Source: Macrostomum hystrix (Eukaryota; Animalia; Platyhelminthes). From it: a DNA stretch of 64,000 nt. The position numbers were made by a program, and so were the translations under genes. The first letter of the stretch is position 1; every line of letters starts with the position of its first letter. Of the stretch, positions 53,201 through 64,000 are shown one piece after another. The notes under the pieces are model-generated. The model worked only from the letters and a program-made list of their open reading frames with translations. It was not told where the DNA came from and did no database searches. Location: the NCBI GenBank assembly GCA_950097015.1, contig CATNEN010000001.1, forward strand, positions 21,824,001-21,888,000, in the 5' to 3' direction.

Positions 53201-56200
53201 TCCCCAAACTCAGGACACTCTTGCCTAGTTTACCGATCCCAACCTCCCCAAACTCAGGACACTCTTGCCTAGTTTACCGATCCCAACCTCCCCATACTCA
53301 GGACACTCTTGCCTAGATTACCGATCCCAACCTCCCCAAACTCAGGACACTCTTGCCTAGCTTACCGATCCCAACCTCCCCAAACTCAGGACACTCTTGC
53401 CTAGCTTACCGATCCCAACCTCCCCAAACTCAGGACACTCTTGCCTAGTTTACCGATCCCAACCTCCCCATACTCAGGACACTCTTGCCTAGCTTACCGA
53501 TCCCAACCTCCCCATACTCAGGACACTCTTGCCTAGTTTACCGATCCCAACCTCCCCATACTCAGGACAGTATTGCCTAGTTTACCGATCCCAACCTCCC
53601 CATACTCAGGACACTCTTGCCTAGTTTACCGATCCCAACCTCCCCATACTCAGGACACTCTTGCCTAGTTTACCGATCCCAACCTCCCCATACTCAGGAC
53701 ACTCTTGCCTAGTTTACCGATCCCAACCTCCCCAAACTCAGGACACTCTTGCCTAGCTTACCGATCCCAACCTCCCCATACTCAGGACACTCTTGCCTAG
53801 TTTACCGATCCCAACCTCCCCATACTCAGGACACTCTTGCCTAGTTTACCGATCCCAACCTCCCCATACTCAGGACACTCTTGCCTAGTTTACCGATCCC
53901 AACCTCCCCATACTCAGGACACTCTTGCCTAGTTTACCGATCCCAACCTCCCCATACTCCGGACACTCTTGCCTAGTTTACCGATCCCAACCTCCCCATA
54001 CTCAGGACACTCTTGCCTAGTTTACCGATCCCAACCTCCCCATACTCAGGACACTCTTGCCTAGTTTACCGATCCCAACCTCCCCATACTCAGGACACTC
54101 TTGCCTAGTTTACCGATCCCAACCTCCCCATACTCAGGACACTCTTGCCTAGTTTACCGATCCCAACCACCCCATACTCAGGACACTCTTGCCTAGTTTA
54201 CCGATCCCAACCTCCCCAAACTCAGGACACTCTTGCCTAGCTTACCGATCCCAACCTCCCCATACTCAGGACACTCTTGCCTAGTTTACCGATCCCAACC
54301 TCCCCAAACTCAGGACACTCTTGCCTAGTTTACCGATCCCAACCTCCCCATACTCAGGACACTCTTGCCTAGTTTACCGATCCCAACCTCCCCATACTCA
54401 GGACACTCTTGCCTAGTTTACCGATCCCAACCTCCCCATACTCAGGACACTCTTGCCTAGTTTACCGATCCCAACCTCCCCAAACTCAGGACACTCTTGC
54501 CTAGTTTACCGATCCCAACCTCCCCATACTCAGGACACTCTTGCCTAGTTTACCGATCCCAACCTCCCCATACTCAGGACACTCTTGCCTAGTTTACCGA
54601 TCCCAACCTCCCCAAACTCAGGACACTCTTGCCTAGTTTACCGATCCCAACCTCCCCAAACTCAGGACACTCTTGCCTAGTTTACCGATCCCAACCTCCC
54701 CAAACTCAGGACACTCTTGCCTAGTTTACCGATCCCAACCTCCCCATACTCAGGACACTCTTGCCTAGCTTACCGATCCCAACCTCCCCATACTCAGGAC
54801 ACTCTTGCCTAGTTTACCGATCCCAACCTCCCCATACTCAGGACAGTATTGCCTAGTTTACCGATCCCAACCTCCCCATACTCAGGACAGTATTGCCTAG
54901 TTACCCATCCCATCCTCTCCAAACTCAGGACACTCTTGCCCGCCTGAAGCGTCGTCCGCTGCTTCTGTCGCCAACCGCGGCCGTGGCTGCCGCTCCGTCG
55001 CGCGGCCTCGAGTCCCTGCCACTGCTGGGCGCCGCTTTCGCCGACGAGGATCGACCGGCCTCAGCCGCCGCCGCCCCGGCCTCAATCGATGAGGCTCTGC
55101 AGCGTCACGCTAGTGAGGCCTCCGGCAAACTGCCCGCCATCACCTGCGTTGAAACCGACGGCAAACTGGGCCGCAGTCTGACCTACGCCAAGCTGTACAG
55201 CTCAGCCAGAAAGCTGGCTCACTACCTGCTCAACAAGGTTGGCCACAAGGGTGCGGGCAGTTTGAAACCCGGCGACAAAGCCGCCATCCTGCTGCCAGCT
55301 GGCGATGTCTGCACCCTGGCTGTGGCCTTTGCGGCCTGTCAGCTGGCTGGCCTGGTGCCCGTGCCCGTAGAACCACCACCAACCGCCACGCAGGAGACCG
55401 GACAGATGCTTGCTGCGCTTGAGGTTGGTGTCCTTCATCAATTTAACTTAAGGGAGGAGTTGATCGTCTTTCAAATGATACTCAGGTTGCTAGGCAAATA
55501 CTTCCACAAAGATTCTAAGATTCTTAGGTTGCTAGGCAATCTTCTCCCCAGATACTCAGGTTGCTAGGCCCCAGGTTGCTAGGCAACCTCTCAGAGTCTC
55601 TGATCCACGATCGCCTTGTGTAACTCCGCCCGCAGGCTCGGGCAGTGCTAACCAGCGAGTCGTTCTACCGGACCCTGAAGACGCAGTCGCAGCACGAGCC
55701 GCCCTCTTACACTGGCTGGCCGGGCGGTCTGCACTGGATCCTGGCCGATTCGTCCGGCCTTGCCAAGCCGACCAAGGACTGGCGACCTCCGCAGTCGACG
55801 TCAACGCCGGTGTTGGCCTATGCCGAGTGCGGGCCGGCCAGGGATGGGACGCCGCGCGCCGTCTGCGTGACTCGAGCAGCCCTGATGGCTCACGGCAGAG
55901 CGCTCTGTTCGGCTCTGGGCTACGCTCGCGGCGATGCTGCCGTCTGCCTGCTGGATGCTCGACGCGATGTCGGACTGTGGCATGGACTGGTGGCCGCGAT
56001 GCTGTCTGGCATGCACGTGTACTTTGTACCCTACCTGCTGATGAAGGCCGAACCGTTGGCCTGGCTGCGGCTGGTTGCTAAGCAACGCGTCTCATTCGCC
56101 TGGGCCAAGTCGCGGGATCTGTACTGGTCGCTGCTGGCTGGCAGAGACGATTCCGCCACCAGTTCAATCAGTCTGGCTAGCTTGAAGTGCCTGCTAGTGG

Positions 56201-59200
56201 CCGACTCGGCCAATCCATGGTCGCTGACCTCATGCGACTCATTTCTGGCCTGTTATAGGCACCGCGGCCTGAACCAGAACTGCCTGGTCACTTGCGCGTA
56301 TTCTCCGGAGTCTCTCACTGTCAGCATCAGGCGGCCCGCTTTGTCCGTGGGTCGAGCTGTGATCAGCATGCACGGACTGAGCTATGGACTGGTTCAGGTG
56401 GGTTGTTTGTTCCTGAAGGCATTGTTCCTGAAGGATTTGTTCCTGAAGGCATTGTTCCTGAAGGATTTGTTCCTGAAGGCATTGTTCCTGAAGGATTTAT
56501 TCCTGAAGGCATTGTTCCTGAAGGATTTGTTCCTGAAGGCATTGTTCCTGAAGGATTTGTTCCTGAAGGCATTGTTCCTGAAGGATTTGTTCCTGAAGGC
56601 ATTGTTCCTGAAGGATTTGTTCCTGAAGGCATTGTTCCTGAAGGATTTGTTCCTGAAGGATTTGTTCATAGAGGATTTGTTCCTGAAGGATTTGTTCTTG
56701 AAGGATTTGTTCCTGAAGGATTTGTTCCTGAAGGATTTGTTCATAGAGGATTTGTTCCTGAAGGATTTGTTCCTGAAGGATTTGTTCCTGAAGGATTTGT
56801 TCCTGAAGGATTTGTTCCTGAAGGATTTGTTCCTGAAGGATTTGTTCCTGAAGGATTTGTTCCTGAAGGATTTGTTCATAGAGGATTTGTTCCTGAAGGA
56901 TTTGTTCCTGAAGGATTTGTTCCTGAAGGATTTGTTCATAGAGGATTTGTTCCTGAAGGCATTGTTCCTGAAGGATTTGTTCCTGAAGGATTTGTTTCTG
57001 AAGGATTTGTTCTTGAAGGATTTGTTTCTGAAGGATTTGTTCCTGAAGGCATTGTTCCTGAAGGATTTGTTCCTGAAGGATTTGTTTCTGAAGGATTTGT
57101 TCCTGAAGGATTTATTCCTGAAGGATTTGTTCCTGAAGGATTTGTTCCTGAAGGATCTCTTCCTGAAGGATCTCTTTCTAAAGGATCTCTTCCTAAAGGA
57201 TCTGTTCCTGAAGGATTCGTTCCTGAAAGAAGAATAAATTAGGTATCTGAGTGGCAACAGGAGTGCTCAATATAAGGATAAAACTGATTTGCGAACATGC
57301 ACCCATTCATTCCTCGCATTCCTCATATTTATTTATTGCCAAATCCTTTCCAGGTAGACTCGGATGCTGCCTACACCTCCATGACTCTGCAGGACTGCGG
57401 GCACCTCCTGCCAGCCTCGGCTGTGGCCATAGTCCGTCTGGGACGTCCGGGCGCCACGGAGCCTCGGCCGCAGCTCTGCCGGGTTGACGAAATGGGCGAA
57501 GTCTGCGTCTGTTCGCGCTACGCCGCCGCTCGCTACGCCGGCGCCGACTCGCCTAACGAGCGCGTCTTCAACTGCCGGCCAGTCAGCGCCACCGGCGACG
57601 ACTGCGGCAGCGGTGATCCGGCCGATCCAGACGGAGCTTTCGTGCGCACCGGCCTGCTGGGCTTCGTCGGACCGCCCACCTCTGTGAGTGAAGTGTGCAC
57701 CTGAGGTATTTGATTGTGTGCACCTGAGGTATTTGATTGTATGCACCTGAGGTATTTGATTGTGTGCACCTGAGGTATTTGATTGTGTGCACCTGAGGTA
57801 TTTGATTGTGTGCACCTGAGGTATTTGATTGTGTGCACCTGAGGTATTTGATTGTGTGCACCTGAGGTATTTGATTGTGTGCACCTGAGGTATTTGATTG
57901 TGTGCACCTGAGGTATTTGATTGTGTGCACCTGAGGTATTTGATTGTGTGCACCTGAGGTATTTGATTGTGTGCACCTGAGGTATTTGATTGTATGCACC
58001 TGAGGTATTTGATTGTGTGCACCTGAGGTATTTGATTGTGTGCACCTGAGGTATTTGATTGTGTGCACCTGAGGTATTTGATTGTGTGCACCTGAGGTAT
58101 TTGATTGTGTGCACCTGAGGTATTTGATTGTGTGCACCTGAGGTATTTGATTGTGTGCACCTGAGGTATTTGATTGTGTGCACCTGAGGTATTTGATTGT
58201 GTGCACCTGAGGTATTTGATTGTGTGCACCTGAGGTATTTGATTGTGTGCACCTGAGGTATTTGATTGTGTGCACCTGAGGTATTTGATTGTGTGCACCT
58301 GAGGTATTTGATTGTGTGCACCTGAGGTATTTGATTGTGTGCACCTGAGGTATTTGATTGTGTGCACCTGAGGTATTTGATTGTGTGCACCTGAGGTATT
58401 TGATTGTGTGCACCTGAGGTATTTGATTGTGTGCACCTGAGGTATTTGATTGTGTGCACCTGAGGTATTTGATTGTGTGCACCTGAGGTATTTGATTGTG
58501 TGCACCTGAGGTATTTGATTGTGTGCACCTGAGGTATTTGATTGTGTGCACCTGAGGTATTTGATTGTATGCACCTGAGGTATTTGATTGTGTGCACCTG
58601 AGGTATTTGATTGTATGCACCTGAGGTATTTGATTGTGTGCACCTGAGGTATTTGATTGTGTGCACCTGAGGTATTTGATTGTATGCACCTGAGGTATTT
58701 GATTGTGTGCACCTGAGGTATTTGATTGTATGCACCTGAGGTATTTGATTGTGTGCACCTGAGGTATTTGATTGTGTGCACCTGAGGTATTTGATTGTGT
58801 GCACCTGAGGTATTTGATTGTATGCACCTGAAGTATTTGATTGTGTGCACCTGAGGTATTTGATTGTGTGCACCTGAAGTATTTGATTGTGTGCACCTGA
58901 AGTATTTGATTGTGTGCACCTGAAGTATTTGATTGTGTGCACCTGAGGTATTTGATTGTGTGCACCAGAGGTATTTGATTGTATGCACCTGAAGTATTTG
59001 ATTGTGTGCACCTGAGGTATTTGATTGTGTGCACCTGAAGTATTTGATTGTGTGCACCTGAAGTATTTGATTGTGTGCACCTGAAGTATTTGATTGTGTG
59101 CACCTGAGGTATTTGATTGTGTGCACCTGAAGTATTTGATTGTGTGCACCTGAAGTATTTGATTATGTGCACCTGAGGTATTTGATTGTGTGCACCTGAA

Positions 59201-62200
59201 GTATTTGATTGTGTGCACCTGAAGTATTTGATTGTTTGCACCTGAAGTATTTGATAGTGTGCACCTGAATATTTGATAGTGTGCACAATGAATCTGATTG
59301 ATAATTAAAAGGCTTGGTACCTGTATGATAACAAAAACCGCAATTACAGGAGGGCAATGGCATATCACTAAAAGACACCAGACCCGCAGCCAATGAGGAG
59401 GCAATTCTGCCCATTTCGCTGACTCCTGAGCACACACGCAGATACCGTACGCAGGCACTCGCTCACACATCTGCCCTGACTTTCTCATCGTCAGACTGAG
59501 TACACTCTCATTGTGGCTCAAGCTCAGGGACCTTGGTGCGATAGGCAAACGCGTTTGACCACTCTGCCACTCAACCCCGTAACTGTATGATTTTACCGAA
59601 ATAATTAAATTAGATTAGATTAGTACCTGAAGGATTTAGTAACTACATAATCTGGTGTCTACCTGTAGGATTAATTAATAATCTAACTCCCTTTCAGGGC
59701 GGCCTTCTATTTGTCTGCGGCACCATCGCCACCCAGCTGTGCGTTGCTAAGCGACGCCACAGCGCCGACGACCTCATTGCCACCGTGCTAGCCATTGAGC
59801 CGCTGAAATTTGTTCACCGCGGCCGGATCGCCATTTTTGGCCAACCGTTGCTAGGCGACGATCGAATAGTTGTGGTTGCCGAGCAACGACCCGAGGCTAG
59901 CGACTCCCGCTGCCACAAGTGGGCCTGTGACGTGCTGCAGGCCATTGAAACTATTCACCAGGTGAGTTGAACCTGCTGATTCCTGCTGATGCTGCACTGA
60001 CCTCCTCGGACACATACCCATCTTGAGACTTCAAGTTTAGGATAGACACTCTCGGACAGACGCTAATGTCAGGATAGACACGTCAAGGCAGACACTCACC
60101 TCAGGACAGACGCACATCTCAGAACAGACACTCACCTGAGGACAGACACTCACCTCAGAACAGACTCACCTGAGGACAGACACCCACCTCAGGACAGACA
60201 CTCACCTCAGGACAGACACTCACCTGAGGACAGACACTCATCTCAGGACAGATACTCACCTCAGGACAGACACTCACCTCAGGACAGACACTCATCTCGG
60301 GACAGACACTCATCTCAGGACAGACACTCACATCAGGACAGACACTCATCTCGGGACAGACACTCATCTCAGGACAGACACTCACATCAGGACAGACACT
60401 CACCTCAGGACAGACACTCATCTCGGGACAGACACTCATCTCAGGACAGACAATAATCTCTGTATTGACACTGATTGTTCAATGCGCCCATTGGTGTGTA
60501 CATGGCCAGCAAGCAATGGCTGTATTATCCCGTCACACCGCAGGTGTCGGTGTACTGCCTGGCGCTGGTGCCGGCCAACACGCTGCCCCGCAATCCGCAT
60601 GGCTCAGTTGACACCGTGGCAGTTCGCCAGCTCTACTCAGCGGGCCGGATTCGACCCTGTCGTGTGCTCATGTGCCCCCAGGCCGCTGTGGCTGACATGC
60701 TGGATGATCCAACGACACCTTTTGCCAATGCTAACAGCGACGACTCTTCTACGGCTCTGGCTATCGAACCTCAGACCTCCGCCGTCGACGGAGCATCGTC
60801 GGCGCCAACCCTGCCCTGCCTGACGCTCACCGATGCACTGCGCTGGCGTGGCACTCGCGAGCCCGACGCTCGCCTGCTCTCCGTCTGCTGCGATTCTACA
60901 TCGGCGTCATCGTCTTCGACCGATTCCGCAGCCGTTGCGCCGGACAGCCTGCCGGACATTGTGGCCAGCTGTTCCATTAGCGAGCCGCTGACCTCTCAGA
61001 CTCTGCTGAAACGCTCCGAGCGGGTGGCCAGCCTCGTGAGGGCCGGCCTCCAGCTGTCCCAGCAGCAGGCGCCTGCGGTGGTGGCCGTTGCCGCTGCTCC
61101 TGGGCCCGACCTCCTGTCCGGCATCTTCGGCGCAATGCTGGCTGGCTGCGTGCCCGCCGTCATGCGGCCGCCAGCGCCTGCGCCCAGCAGCCTGGCCGCC
61201 TTCGCCAGACTGGTCCGACTGGCCGACTCAGCAGGGGTCATTGTCAGCCAGCCCGTTGCCAAGCTGCTCAAGGTATTCAAGCTATTAAACTCACATTCCA
61301 TAGACCAGAATAGAAATCCCATTAGTATGATGTAAGGGGCAAAGTTTCATATTTAAAAAGCAAATCACATCTCCTGTGCTCAAAAGAAAACCTTAGCCTT
61401 ACTAGAAATCCTATCATCCTTATTAAAAATCCCATCATCCTTATTAGAAATCTTATCATCCCTAGTAGAAATCCCATCACCCTTAGTAGAAGTCCCATCA
61501 TCCTTAGCAGAAATCCCATCCTTTTTTAGTTAAAGCACGTCATCCTTACAAGAAATCCCTTCATTCTTTGTTAGAATCCATCATCCTTGCTTGAACTCCC
61601 ATAATTCTTACTAGAAATTCTATCATCCTTGATTGAAATCCCATCATCCTTACAATAAATCCCATCATCCTTAGTAGAAATCCCATCACCCTTAGTAGAA
61701 GTCCCATCATCCTTGCTAGAAATCCCGTCATCCTTACCATCATTCACCTTCATTCCCATTCAGGCAAAGTCCTCGCAGCCGCACCTGCGCCCAACCCTGC
61801 CACCACTGCTGGAGCTGGACAAGGCCAAGAAGGCGGCGGAGAAGGCGTCATCTGCGGTTGACGCCGACGGCTCTGGCGCCGGACCAAAGACGGCCGCTCA
61901 GACAGACCCCGACGCCGTCGCCTACCTTGACCTGTGCGGCGCTTCCGGTGGCAACTTGTCTGACGATCTGCTGCTGTCTTCGCCGACGGCGACAACCGGC
62001 TCGGCTGCCTCGCCCGGCTCCAATGGCGTTGGAGTGCGCGTCACCCACCGGGTTGCCATGGCAGCCTGCCAGTGCCTGCAGACCCGCTGCGACTTGCAGC
62101 TGGGCCGCGACCTGCCGGCCTGCCTTGACCTGTACAGCGGCGGCATGGCCTTCATTGTGGCCTGCCTGGCTAGCGTGGCATGCGGACATCACACCCTGCT

Positions 62201-64000
62201 GATGCCCGCTGGTCAGTGGGAGCTCACAGCCTCGGGAGCTGCCGGGTTCCTGCAGATGCTGGCTCAGCGAACCGCTAGGGACGCCTTGTGCGGCTATGAA
62301 CTGCTGGACAGATGCTGCGCCAGACTGCAGCCTGAGACTGTCAAGGTCTGTCCCGCGTGTGGCCTTGCTCGGCCTGGCTTTGGGGTGTCTGCCGGTCTAT
62401 CGGGGTGTCTGTCTGTCTAATAGGGTGTCTGCCGGTCTATCGGGGTGTCTGTCTGTCTGTCTAATAGGGTGTCTGCCGGTCTATCGGGGTGTCTGTCTGT
62501 CTAATAGGGTGTCTGCCTGTCTAATAGGGTGTCTGCCGGTCTATTGGGGTGTCTGTCTATCTAATAGGGTGTCTGCCTGTCTAATAGGGTGTCTGCCGGT
62601 CTATTGGGGTGTCTGTCTATCTAATAGGGTGTCTGCCGGTCTATCGGGGTGTCTGTCTAATAGGGTGTCTGCCTGTCTATTGGGTGTCTGCCGGTCTATT
62701 AGGGTGTCTGCCTGTCTATTGGGTGCCTGCCGGTCTATTAGGGTGTCTGCCTGTCTATTGGGGCGTCTTCCTGTCTATTAGGGTGTCTGCCTGTCTAATA
62801 GGGTGTCTGCCGGTCTATTAGGGTGTCTGCCTGTCTATTAGGGTGTCTGCCTGTCTAATAGGTTGTCTGCCGGTCCATTGGGGCGTCTTCCTGTCTATTA
62901 GTGTGTCTGCCTGTCTATTAGGGTGTCCTCCTGTTTATTAGGATGTCTGTCTACTCATTCTAGGCACCGGCTAGTTCTTTCTTATTCGCTCGCTTTTTTA
63001 CATGTCTATCTCTCACTTTCTTACTTTCTCGTCATTTATCGTATATTGTTTCATACATTAGTCTGATCTTCCTATTCCAAGCTTTGGATCTTAATATCAA
63101 ATGCTAAAATTAGGTCTGGTATTCTAGAATGGACCTAATAATTAGGTAGCAGCACCAATAAAGTAGATCGAGGCACTTTGGTCCTTCTAAGTATCAGTTA
63201 TTTGTGTTTAGGTCTAAAAATACTTTTTTCTTCACACGAGTTTCTACTATTGTTTATGCCACAATGACTTTAACTAGACCTTATTATTATCGAAGATTGC
63301 GCTTAAAAATATCTAAATTCTCTGTCTTGACATCAGATTTAACTGCGTTTGACTGTACTTTGTCTATCAAAATTTCATTTCGATACTAATAGCTTGGAAA
63401 CATACGTTTAGAGAAGCAGAGGTGTGTACCTGCTGTGTTAAGCCACGAATTAAAAAAATTATATAAACTTACGTTGGAAGCGCCCGATATGTATCGAAAA
63501 AAGCATTATAAATCCAATATCTTTTAATTGATCAGCAAAAGCACAGCCTGGCCAGCCTGCGCTCCCTGGTGGTTCTGGGCAACGAGCGGCCACGTGCCGA
63601 CCTGCTAGCCAAATTCGGCCGCCTCCTTGTGCCTCTGGGCCTGAGTCCCAGTGCTCTCCGCTGCTCATTTGGATGCCGCGCCGTCCCGTGCCTGACGCTG
63701 CCATCCGGCGCCACCGACTCGTCCGGCTCTGCTACCATCTACGCCGACGCCAAAGCGCTCAGAGAAGATCGCCTGGTACCAGTTGACTCGGACAGTCCCA
63801 ATGCCATTGTACTAATGGAGGCCGGACAGCCCATAGCCGATGCTCGGGTATCGCTGGCTACTCCGGCTGTGCGAGGCGCCGACGTCGGCGAGATTCTAGT
63901 GAAACTCCGCGGCAACCAGCTGGCAACCCGGACTGGCTACCTGGGCGTCATCAGACAGCTGGACGAGTCCCGGCCGCCGGCACTGTTCGTCGTCGGCTCG
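50237..64000 (+). CDS. DIP2: Disco-interacting protein 2 homologue (tandem FAAL-like AMP-binding domains), 3' end beyond window. Exons: 50237-50249, 50373-50674, 54929-55423, 55636-56397, 57354-57683, 59698-59961, 60544-61272, 61764-62345, 63536->64000
   Basis: VSARVKQLQDTL..KRRP, LTYAKLYS.ARKLAHYLLNK, LKPGD, GLWHG, VADSANPWSLTSCD, GLSYGLV, RTGLLGFVGP, RRHSADDLIATVLAIEP.KFVHRGRIAIF, VYCLALVPANTLP, MCP, ERPR match DIP2. The first exon is less certain. Confidence 0.93.
50740..54900. repeat. 44-bp minisatellite (ACTCAGGACACTCTTGCCTAGTTTACCGATCCCAACCTCCCCAT)n, about 95 copies
   Basis: First unit AG ends at 50749 and last at 54885; the difference 4136 equals 94 x 44. Confidence 0.97.
56405..57230. 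repeat. 15-bp minisatellite (TTGTTCCTGAAGGAT)n in DIP2 intron
   Basis: Gives the LFLKD repeat ORF tail. Confidence 0.95.
57692..59285. repeat. 23-bp minisatellite (GTATTTGATTGTGTGCACCTGAG)n in DIP2 intron
   Basis: About 69 units; CCTGAAG variants cluster at the 3' end. Confidence 0.95.
59335..59577 (-). mobile_element. SINE family A, internally deleted, in DIP2 intron
   Basis: Head and 3' domain match other copies. Confidence 0.8.
60090..60452. repeat. 18-bp repeat (CTCAGGACAGACACTCAC)n in DIP2 intron
   Basis: About 20 units. Confidence 0.9.
61400..61740. repeat. Degenerate 21-bp repeat (AGAAATCCCATCATCCTTAGT)n in DIP2 intron
   Basis: Visible periodicity. Confidence 0.8.
62380..62950. repeat. 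About 20-bp repeat (GGGTGTCTGCCTGTCTAATA / GGGTGTCTGCCGGTCTATT)n in DIP2 intron
   Basis: Visible periodicity. Confidence 0.85.

Noticed and set aside
56398-57257. LFLKD / EGFVP / RNKSF repeat ORFs
   Set aside because: Intronic 15-bp repeat after the donor at 56398; DIP2 homology resumes at 57354.
57333-59548. 597-, 671- and 567-aa minus-strand ORFs
   Set aside because: Translation of a 23-bp intronic satellite antisense to DIP2.

Overview
Eukaryotic (metazoan) genomic DNA with GT-AG spliceosomal introns and the standard code. GC-rich exons, AT-rich spacers, dense minisatellites and tRNA-derived SINEs resemble a free-living flatworm such as Macrostomum (inference only). Genes assembled by hand from splice sites: thymidylate synthase (+), ADP-dependent glucokinase (-), RNFT1/2-like TM-RING ligase (-), a kinase-less protein with two PAK-type CRIB/PBD modules (+), an 11-exon divergent synapsin (-), an orphan 2-TM protein (-), two calmodulin-like genes plus a frameshifted EF-hand-like relic (+), a secreted PAN/C-type-lectin-like protein (-), and DIP2 (+, runs off the window). 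Most long introns and spacers carry their own minisatellite, so most long ORFs in the track are repeat artefacts. The most striking feature is a 44-bp array in a DIP2 intron made of about 95 copies of that intron's own 3' splice acceptor plus the first 12 nt of the next exon, each followed by an in-frame TAG. Several other arrays also contain YAG|G or AG|GT splice-signal-like units.
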